A stretch of 53,642 nucleotides of DNA, counting the filler, from Catajapyx aquilonaris (taxonomy: Eukaryota), in the NCBI GenBank assembly GCA_000934665.2. It is 3 parts of 3 records of this genome, joined end to end, with 100 filler letters (N's around TTAATTAATTAA, not from the genome) between each part and the next. Parts side by side here need not be neighbours in the genome. Positions count along the whole stretch, not along the records: positions 35,856 to 53,642 come from JYFJ02006893.1; 2 more parts are not named here. One strand, written 5' to 3'. The position numbers and the translations under genes are program-made. The first letter of the stretch is position 1. Every line of letters begins with the position of its first letter. The notes under the pieces were generated by a model. The model was not told the origin of the DNA. It made no database searches and saw nothing but the letters and a program-made list of their open reading frames with translations. This document shows positions 36,438 to 46,400 of this stretch, piece by piece.

Positions 36438-39400
36438 GTTCACTGATGCACTATGGTCCCTATGACTTCGCGAAAAGGAGAGGAACTCCAGTAATAACAC
36501 CAGATCTCCAGAATACTATGGGCCAACGCGTTGGGTTTAGCAACGTGAGTAACAGCTCCACCATTCCAATCACAGAGATTATTTGAAGTTCCTTGTAACA
36601 CTTGCTGGCCCTGTTTGAATGTGTACACGTTTATGCCATGGTGTACATCCATGCTGTGTCTTTTACATTTAGTCTGGACCAAAAGCGACGGTACAGCAAA
36701 TCCAGAACAAGATGTTGAATCCATGGGTTATTCACATAATACGTATATAGGATTAATCACTAATTCCGAATTTACTAGTGTTCAAGAAATCTGTCCTAAG
36801 TGTAGGTATAGTATCCTCACGTTGGTGTAGATGTGTTTTGCCATCGGGAAAAGAATGCTAGCTGGTAGGGACATCTGCATAGAGGACGCCTATTTTGTAA
36901 TATAGGCACTTATACAGGGTGAATCCGATCTCCACCGACAGCCATGTACCAATGGCATAATGGGCACCAGGGGATCAATTAACGTAGAGGAGTCATCATG
37001 TCTAGGCCGCCTCATTACGGAGATAATTGCCTTCAAACACGTAGTACAAAGTATCCTGGGAGGTATGTGAAAATAGCAGCTTTTCCATTTAGCTACTAGC
37101 ATGTCGCATGTGTACTGCATGTCGTATGTGATCTGTGACAATTTGTGACAATTTGTGATAATCTGTGACAATCTGTGACAATCACTCTTAGGCCCAATTG
37201 GTAAATCGCAAATGATCAATTATCTCAGTAATGAGGCTGCCCAGACATAATGACTCCTCTACATTAATTGATCCCCTGGTGCCCATTATGCCATTGGTAC
37301 ATGGCTGTCGGTGGAGATCGGATTCACCCTGTATAGGGCCGGTTGTATGAATGCAAATTTTGTTCAAAATCTGGCGTTGTCTGAGCACAAAATCTCGCAT
37401 AAACACAGAAATCGTTTTTGTCACATCTCTAACGAAAAGTCGCCTAAATGTCCCGACGTCCACCCCTTTCTGAGAAAATGTCAGATTTCTGCCTCCGAAA
37501 ACCTCCGAATCTCGACGCATCATGTCGTTTGAGGTGGTATTTGCATTTGGATTGGCATGGTCTGGCCCATAAATCGTTGCCAGATGAAACAGGGGCCGGC
37601 GCTCATTCGACCGACCGCGACCCCTGGGCAAAAAGTCAAACTTCAGCCCGGCACTGGCAATCTGGTCAGTTAACACAGCAAGATGGAAACCCCCTTACTG
37701 TGATTGGCCACAGAGCCTTAGTAACCAACAGTTTCAGAACTCTTGTTTGGAATTTTAAAAATGCTCGTACTTTGAAACGCCCTTGACGGTCGTGTCAAAT
37801 TATACATTATACGATCAAGTCTTCCCACCTGGATCATCTTGCCCTGTATAAGAAGACAAAATAATGGCAATGAACTGTGAAAACACGTCAATCACAATAC
37901 TAAACTTTAAATATATTTGCACATACGGTATTCTTTACATTCAGTTAGTTGCTACGTCCAATGTTGGCCAATGCTCAAAAACAAATGCAAATCTTCGTGC
38001 ATTCAGTCCCATACGTCATGCGTCAGTCCCCAAATTCCGATGCCGCCATTTAATATGTTGAGTTCTATGATTACAAGCAAGATAAACACCCAAAGAATGT
38101 ACCGGTACTATAATAGGACAACAATGTATTGTAATTTATTTTAAACCTGTTTTATCAAAAAATACGTTTCAGGAAGAACACGAATGCTTATTCAAATCAA
38201 ACTAGAAAAGCAAAAAAAATAATTAACGAAACAATATTATAAAACTGGGAAACCTACACAATAATTAATAATTAAAATACGGTTCATATGAACTTCCACT
38301 ACACACAAAGTTTATTTTGGACCAGTATTAGATAAGGTAACTTACCACATTATTTTATTTGCAGCTTGACATCTTCAAATTGAATACCTATTATAACTGC
38401 CAAGCTAGGAGTGGCCGCAATCAACCTGAACCTAATGGTAATGCTATAATATAACATGTATTTATCTGCAAAATTTCTATAGTATTTTGACATGTTTCAT
38501 ATTGTTAATGACATTATATTTTGTTCATATTTGATTTCAGGACGGTCTGTGTCATGCAAAAATGTAAATGAACAGTGTAAAAAATACTCATCAGTGGGAC
38601 ACTGTGAAGAGAGTCCTGAGTGGATGAACGCACATTGCCCTCAATCATGTGAAAGTTGCAGTAAGTGAATCTACGTACAATCTGTCTCAATAAGTTTTGG
38701 CCACTTTATCCTGGTCTTGAAGCAACCGTTCACACACACACACACACATATACCCATTCTCACCGTGGGGCCTTTTTTTACTTTATAATTGATATATTTA
38801 AGGAGGTTGGCCCAGCATTGCCTTTCAACCTCCAAGGATAGGGAAGGAAGGAAGCGGCTGTGGCCTATTATACGGAAGCAACCCCGGAATTATCCTAGAA
38901 AGACCGTGGAAAACCACGGAAAACCACAGTCAAGGTTGCCGGCCCCGGGATTCGAACCCAGGACCTCCCGATTAGCAGTCGGACGCCTTATCCACTATGC
39001 CAACCTGCTTCGGCCTGTGCGAAGTGTTGCTTCAAGACCAGGATAAAGAGGCCAAAACTTATTGAGACAGATTGTACTGTACATCTAAGCCATGTTATGG
39101 AAACATCACTTTTTTGGGGGTGAAACACCATCTTTGACTTACTGCAGGTGATGAGTGTGTGGATTTTAATGCGATGTGCTCGAAATGGGAAAAAGGAGGA
39201 CAGTGTAAAGAGCAACCTGACTACATGAAAGTGTACTGTCCTAAGAGTTGCAAAGTTTGCCCAGAAACAACAGGTAATAAGTGGAAAGGGAGTGCAAAAT
39301 ATTTCAATAATTTTCAAAGTGCATCTGAGTGGAGCATGCATCATTTGCACAAGTGAGATGGAGTAGTATTGGGTCTAATATTGTATCGAAATTATACAGG

Positions 39401-40258
39401 GTGATCGAAAATGAATGCGCGGATTTTAAAACCCTATAACTCGAAAACTTGTGGACATATCATTTAAGTTCTCAAATGCTAAGAAGTGTCTAAAGTTTTT
39501 GTATTGCCATAGTTTGTTTCGATATGAGCTCCATTTGTCGCTCAGCAAATGTAAATACGGTAATCGGTGCCGTGCCTAATCCGCTCAGACATGTCTGGTG
39601 TTACCGTAGCAATCTTTTTCCGTGGGTGCTGGGGATGCGGAATCTTTTCACCATGCATGTATCTCCGCAAAAAAGTCTATCGGAGTAATATCTGGCTTCT
39701 GGGGCTGCTATCATTGGGGAAACGTCTCATTCAAGAGAACGCTGAACAAATGAAACTTTCCTACGCCAGGTTTGTTGCATGGAAGAGGCGACTTTTTATG
39801 CGCATCATCAAGAACAGTGTGTGAGGTGTATAGATCCGAGATATCCAGCACCTACTGGATAGGATTGCAACGGTAATCCCATGCAGATATCACTTGAGCC
39901 GGTTGGGCACGAGACCTAATACCGCTTATTTTTTTTAAATCTGTCGAGCGACAAATAAAGCTTGTATCTAACGAAACAAACTAAGGTGAGGCTAAAACTT
40001 CAGCTATTTCCAAGATATTTCTTAATATTTCTAAACTTAAATAATTAGATATATACCATATGTCTACAAGTTTTCGAGTGATAGGGTTTTTTAATCAGCG
40101 TATTCTTTTTCGATGACATTATTATTATTACATTTATTACATTTATTACATTTCCAGAAGACGCAGGTTCTACAGACGAAGAAATAATCTGGAATCCAAT
40201 GCGAAATATGTTGGCCGCGCTAAGCAAGATTATAGTTCATTCATTATCTGAAGCCTGA
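36438..40258 (+). CDS. Astacin-ShKT metalloprotease paralogue A, 3' half (Met-turn, two ShKT domains, tail); 5' part beyond the contig start
   Basis: join(36438..36544,38365..38437,38541..38660,39148..39273,40158..40258): GSLMHYGPYDFAK...MGQRVGFSN/LDIFKLNTYYNC.../CKNVNEQCKKYSSVGHCEESPEWMNAHCPQSCESC/CVDFNAMCSKWEKGGQCKEQPDYMKVYCPKSCKVC/...LSEA*; all GT-AG with consistent phases. Confidence 0.88.
36915..37331. mobile_element. Young Tc1/mariner-type MITE (~115-bp TIRs)
   Basis: TA|CAGGGTGAATCCGATCTCCACCG ... CGGTGGAGATCGGATTCACCCTG|TA; central 10-bp tandem ATYTGTGAYA (37131-37183); absent at the paralogous site (~48780). Confidence 0.85.
38678..39074. mobile_element. TA-flanked MITE between the ShK exons (copy A)
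   Basis: TA|CAATCTGTCTCAATAAGTTTTGGCCACTTTATCCTGGTCTTGAAGCAAC and its reverse complement ending ...GAGACAGATTG|TA. Confidence 0.8.
38773..39013 (-). mobile_element. tRNA-derived SINE, apparently full length
   Basis: Minus strand box A TGGCATAGTGG, box B GGTTCGAATCCC, body GGTTTTCCGTGGTTTTCC...GGCCACAGCCGCTTCCTTCC, A-rich tail. Confidence 0.8.
39397..40117. mobile_element. Tc1/mariner-derived MITE built from two transposase 3' ends
   Basis: Starts TA|CAGGGTGATCGAAAATGAATGCGC; minus strand of the left arm reads PDITPIDFF..KIATVTPDMSERI..DYRIYIC*ATNGAHIE; the right arm is a decayed inverted copy; absent from paralogue B. Confidence 0.75.
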
Positions 40259-41173
40259 ATTTGGTTCTGATGTAACAGTACACCGTAGTCTACCTGAAAA
40301 ATTGAGGGTGTCATTGTCCAGCAATATATAATATATATCAGCGTAAATATTGCCTATTACATTAATTACTTATTTTATGAGAATTTTTTTGCACTTCTCT
40401 TCTTCTCCGTTTTTAATCTCTCTTTCTCCCTCGCCCGCTCGCTTATCTGTCTTTGTAACTAAACTAGGTGCAAGCAAGGTGCCTCCCTGAATAATTCAAG
40501 TATGACCCTGAATATTGCGGTTTACTTTGCTACTTCTGGTTGACATGCTGATTCCGATCGAATGTAAATCGGTGCAATAGTTTTATTCTGGGAAGCTTCT
40601 TAAGATGATAGGTCAGGGTAGATCATGAAGGAGTCGATCTATATTGGGGATAATGTTTGACGGAGCAATTATCTTCCGAGTTTCCTGGGAGAGGATGATT
40701 GTTGGGGTGGAGAAAAAGCGGCAGATTACGTCTCCTTCATTTGGTTGCCGTGCATGGGCCGAACCTTTTATTTAAGTTTTTCTCCTCTTTTAAATTGCCT
40801 TTTAGAAACCCCCCTCCTCTCCTGTCCCGTCCAAAAAAGGCGGCATCCTATTCACCGTTGTTCTGCACTAAATTAACTGGGCCCTTTCGAATGGATGATT
40901 GTAACTATGTTACTAAACAGCCACCCATACAAGGCATATTAGGTCCGTATGCGGCCCACCCAGCACCCCTTATTCAACTCCTCCCTTATTAACCTGTTGA
41001 GGGCGACGTCCATCATATGATGGTTTGCATATTTGCGCGCTCATTTGTTCGCATTTAAAAGGCGCAATTGACTTTTAAGCTGTTCTTGCCCTGCCATCTC
41101 ATAGTTGGTAGTTCAACTATCATGCACTTGCACTGCTTGATTGGCTGGCTTGAACGAGCGAGGTCGGGATCAT

Positions 41174-41530
41174 AGAATACTCAGGTCTGGTCACTCCCAC
41201 TTATCACCTGCCGGGGCGTTTTGCATGAGGTGCTCACTTGAGACGAGCGCCATGAGACAGCTTTTCACAGCTGGATTATGTGGTGACCCTACCGGACTAC
41301 GCTGAACTTAGGTACAAGAGAAGCCGCTACATGCGGGCCCAACATGGCCGCCGGCGATCATGTTGGGTCCCCCAATGTAACGCTTCCCTTTTGTACTATA
41401 AAGTTCAGCGTAGTCCGGTATGGTCGCCACTTACCTGGGCTCTGAAATGCCTCATGGCCCTCTCAAGTGAGCACCTTCTGCAAAACGCCCCGACAGGGGG
41501 TGGGTGGGAGTGACCAGATCTGAGTATTCT
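41174..41530. mobile_element. Palindromic foldback element, family copy 1
   Basis: AGAATACTCAGGTCTGGTCACTCCCAC ... GTGGGAGTGACCAGATCTGAGTATTCT, arms ~170 bp; homologous to 47361-47709. Confidence 0.8.
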
Positions 41531-41626
41531 TAGGTCGTGCAAGCGCCCTTGTTCGCATATGCATTTCAAGTAACAGCTATTTCCAACAACTGTTATTTCC
41601 AGTACCAGCAATTTCAAGTAACCGTT

Positions 41627-42033
41627 ATTTCCTACCCTAGAAGTTCCTAAATGAATTTCCAAAAAGATCGCTGTAAAAAAACTCGAATTTCGAGTACTGC
41701 CGGCCAACTGTTAGGCTGATTTAATTATGAAATACATTAAAATATACGGAACATTGACCTTGAGAACCTTGCCAGACGAAGTTGCGGAAATCGTCGTAAA
41801 TTAATTTGGGAGATTTTCGAAGTAACAGCCGCAGATAAGAAATAATTTATTTCTCGCAAAGTACGAGGATTTCAGCAAATTAGTCTGGCACTATTCTCAA
41901 TATTGTTATTCCGTGTATTTTAACGGCGTATTCCATAATTAAATCAGTCAAGTAGTTGGCCGGAATTTCTCGAATTTCGAGTTTTACAGCGATATTTTGG
42001 AAATTAATTTAGAGACTTCTAGACGAGGAAAAT
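41627..42033. repeat. Diverged long inverted repeat (old MITE)
   Basis: ~165-bp arms, e.g. CTAGAAGTTCCTAAATGAATTTCCAAAA / TTTTGGAAATTAATTTAGAGACTTCTAG and GCTGATTTAATTATG / CATAATTAAATCAGT. Confidence 0.65.
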
Positions 42034-42330
42034 TGTTCCGGACACATTCATAGTGTTTTCCCTGATCGGGTAAGTATAGCTGTTATTTTGGGTAAAATAT
42101 ATTGTCGGTATCTTCAGAGTACACGTAAGCGGAAAACTAGGCAATGGCGGGTATAGCTGGGGCTCAAGGGGTTAAAACGGAGAAGAAAAAAAAAGGCATC
42201 AGATAAACACAGACGTACGGTACTGTTACACAGACCTGTCTCACCTTGGGATCCTGTTCAACGAGTTGCATCAAGCCAGGATGAACGAAAGAGTCAGAGT
42301 CAGCCTGGCCAAGTCTTTTTGTAACCGATA

Positions 42331-42477
42331 GTATCAACAGTCCAAAAAGAACTGTCCCAGTCATCCTGACGTGTAGGCTGGCCGCTCGACACACACCATG
42401 TAAGTTACATGGTGTGTGTCGAGCGGGCAGCACACACATCAGGATGACTGGGACAATTCTTTTTGGACTGATGATAC
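42331..42477. repeat. Near-perfect 147-bp hairpin
   Basis: GTATCAACAGTCCAAAAAGAAC...CACACCATGTAA-G-TTACATGGTGTG...TTCTTTTTGGACTGATGATAC. Confidence 0.85.
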
Positions 42478-43413
42478 ATGTATAGACATAGAATGCTGAA
42501 TTATAAATCCAGAAACTGAGTTTATGATGGTGTTCATACATAATCACATAGTATCCTATGTGAAACTCGTCTATCATAACAATATAATTTATGGTGAAGG
42601 CAATGGATGGTTACCGGTACTGTATCAGCAAAGTGGATTTTATAGAAATTATTTTATGGAACACATCCGAAGAGAATGATCAGTGATCACAGTATTTTCT
42701 GTGCACTATACTTGCTGAACGTGGGCAGGAACGATACAACTACAACTGTGAGAAGCTTTCAACTTCTGTAATCTGCCAGATTGCTCTATTGTAATTTGTG
42801 AAAGCACTTCTCAGTCAGTGTTGCGAGTATAGCTGGGGATACATCAGCAACGACGGCAATCCAATATCCGGAATTAACATTCCTATACGATATGGGATAT
42901 TCTTTTCTCAGAACAATGAGCTATGAAATGCTCTGTACAGGACATCAAGGTGATCGGGATTTTGCCAGACTGATTGAGTACTTGCTTACGCACCATCGAA
43001 AAAGCAATTGAGCCATTGTGTAGCCTGATTCTGGAATCAGTTAGTTGTCGGGAGGAGAACACTTCAGTTGGTTCAGAGTCGTCAGTGAATACCTGTGGTA
43101 CGCCTACTTCAAAGGTAGTTTAAAATACTTCAGTTTAGAATATTGTATTTGACAAGTCATTACGGGTTCATAATATTACGTCTCCTCATCTTGTCTCACT
43201 TTGATTTGTCGCCATGGTTGTTTTTGTTTCCATGGCATAAATCGACTTTTGATGAACGGTTCTGCACAACTTTCTTCCAAACTCATAAGCTATTTGAGAG
43301 CCATGAGGGACATTTTATTTCCTAATAAGATGGCTCATTTTGCAAGGAAGCTTCACTAGTGTGCGTCAACCTTCAAGTAACAATCCATGCGACGTGTATC
43401 ATACCCTGATACA

Positions 43414-46400
43414 ATGAACTCGTTGATCTTTGTCCAATTACTGGTCTTCATTAGTGTCGTTGCAGCTTCACCGGTCCCGAAGATTCAGCAGGTAGAGGTC
43501 TCGAGTTAAAATCTCAAGGGAAGGTCACGGGGTGATATTGACGGATCTTGATGAAATTTAACATGCTATTACAGGACAATATATGGTACCCAAAAATGAA
43601 ATATTTCGTGCGGAGGCCCATATTTGCAAAAGTTATGACGTCTTAAAGTTCCAAAAATAATACATTTTCATTGGGTTCATAATGGGATTACATTAGCGAC
43701 CACATATAAGACCCCATTGAAGTTTCTACACTTTGTCTCATCGGAAAAAAGTCCTACATAACTCCTCCTCTGTATCTCTTACGGTTTAGGCCTTGATACC
43801 TGTCCACAGACGGACGGAGGGACAAAGCTGTTCTGTAGAACTTTTTCCGATGAGAAAAAGTGTAGAAACTGATTACACACTTCAATGTCATTATATGTGG
43901 TCGCTAATATAATCCCATTATGAATGAAAATGTATTATTTTTGGAACTTTAACACGTCATAACTTTTGCAAATATGGGCCTCCGCACAAAATATTTCATT
44001 TTTGGGTATCATATATTGTCCTGTATTAGCATGTTAAATTTCATCAAGATCCGTTATTATCACCCCGTGACCTTCCCTTGTCAGTATTTTTTACGAAGAA
44101 ATTATATTCTTTATTCTAGATTGGCGATGATTATCGCCCGGCAGAACACTTGACCCCAGACGACTTTAAAAAAGGACGAGAATTGGGTCAGTCTATTTCG
44201 ACTATTAATAATTTCGACTGCTAATTTATACAACCGTCTATAAGGGCATTTTAAATGCAAGTTTAAAAATTAAAATTGTTCACAACCTTGTATTGGCTGC
44301 CTAGGACAAAATTTTCAATGGCTTTTGTTTCCTGTGACCAGGGTACCCTAAAGGAATCATTGCTAAAAAGGAGACTATTTCTGTTACTCTTTACATTCCT
44401 AATATATTATACCAGATTATACTAGTCCTGGAGAACGAATGTTTCAGGTGATGCCTATGACGCACCTCCTCCTCTAGCTGAAAACGCAACGGATCCAACA
44501 CTAGACGATATCGTTGACGACTACCAGGTAAGTTAAAAGAACCTACGAGCTAATGGTTTATATGATGCAAATGTTATAAAACAATAAGTTGACATGCTGC
44601 AAAAGGAACGGGAACAAAATGATGTAAAATTTTAGTCTCGCACAGCAATAAGATGGCCTCGATTGTGGTGGGACTGGGCAAGAGTGCCTTACGAAATATC
44701 TTGGAAATTCAGTACGTGCAGAACTCTTTTTCTCGTATTTTTAAGTGCCATAAAATAAATTGAACATGCGTGGTTAACATTTTTACAGATAATTTCGCCC
44801 GTCAAGTAATTGCCAGAGCCATATCCCAATTCCATCGGAACACATGTATCAGATTCGTCCCTCGTACTAATGAGTGGGACTACGTCATATTGGCTCCTGG
44901 TAACGGGTGCGTATGCCATGTTGGTCTACATCTAAACACAGAACATTGTGCTAATTGAAAAAGTAATAATCAAAATTACTGGCAGCTCATTAGGCATGGC
45001 AATTGATCTGTTGAGAAAAGTTGCAGTTATGCCTCACATAACCGTACATGATAATTTCTCATCAGTGTAAAGTAAACTTATACTTATCGTATACATGCCT
45101 CAGTAATTGATTGCAGAGCACAAAGTTTTTCTGTGCTATTATTATAATATAGAGTTATAGACACCTAAAAATGTGTCACGTTCCGAGGTCATAGACCGTC
45201 ATAGACACGAAAACATGTGGTGCATAAAATAATGCCCATTCACATATGTACAATATAGACTACTCTAATTATTATTATTACTTTTAATTCCGCCGTAAGT
45301 CATCACTCCTTCCCGTTTTCATACCCCTGAAAGAGTATTTCACTGATAAGGAAAAAACAATCGAGGTATTGTTGCTTTTCTTATTGGTGTTGCAGGATCC
45401 TTCAAAAAAGGGCCCATTTGAAAGTTTTGAATTTGCAATTATGCACCCGCTTTCGTGTCTGTGTACGATAAATCACAACATTTGCAAGTCGCGACCTCAT
45501 ATTAATGCTGTCGTCTTGAATTTTTGGCTATTCGATTTGCGGTGATGTGTCCACGGCCACGGGGAGCAGTTCCTCACCGGAAAGGGTTAGCCTCGGACCC
45601 AGTCCCTGCTCACTCTCCCTCTTTTCGCTGATCTCCCCCACCGAGGGGGATTGTTCACGGTCGGCGCTAGTGTCATGAACCGAGATGGTGGCGTCTTACC
45701 TAGCGGGGCAATTCTGAACCCTCCTGGGGGGCGCCCCCCCAGGGGGCGTGAGAGGATTTCAGGGGGGGGGGGGGGCGTGAGGCCNTGAGGCCATGAGAAA
45801 TACGTAAAATAATGTAACATGTTTCCGCTTGGCGCTGCTGGAAATATGAAGGGACGACCGACTTTTCTCCTTGCTTGTATCCGATGTGCTTACGGTGTAG
45901 AAAGATTCCACTGTACTTTGTCAGCTACATTCACCTAAACTGTGAGCTTGAACCCCCAAAAAATGGTCCTTCTGTTGTTGCCCATATTTCAACAGGTTTT
46001 CATCCCTCAGTTCTAAAATTCTCTTTCAAGAAACTCTTGCTGAAATGTATTGGGGCGTGAGTGTTTGGTGAAAACGAAAAGGGGGGCGTCATGACGAAAA
46101 GATTGGGAACCACTGATCTAGAGTGATATACTAGCAGAAATCTTTGGGAGTGACTGGGGGCTGCTCGGACCATTAGGACACTAAACACGGCACCGATCTT
46201 ACAAGCAGGCCTACTGTAATAACCAGATGTTATGTAAAATGTACCACATTCATTCTCTGGTAAATTCGCACATAGTCTATAGTCTATACGTAGCATTTTG
46301 TGGGCTGTTTCAAATGAATAGGGTCTACTACTCTACTTTAGAACTTACCTATTTCTCTGCTGTGATATAATTATTTTTGCTTCAGCGCGGCTGTGACCGA

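Noticed and set aside
36180..36500. Poly-Thr/Tyr mucin-like ORF (also 48203-48391)
   Set aside because: Antisense translation of the (TAG)n microsatellite.
37131..37183. Short direct repeats (also 16600-16647 and 3052-3090) as CRISPR-like arrays
   Set aside because: Simple tandem repeats with no unique spacers, in eukaryotic DNA.
38940..39013. tRNA gene (GCT anticodon-like loop)
   Set aside because: No paired acceptor stem, and it continues into a SINE body repeated at 50072.
36438..40258. Astacin A as an allelic haplotig or false duplication of B
   Set aside because: Introns and last exon are far too diverged, and each copy has private TE insertions; only the ShK1 patch is near-identical.
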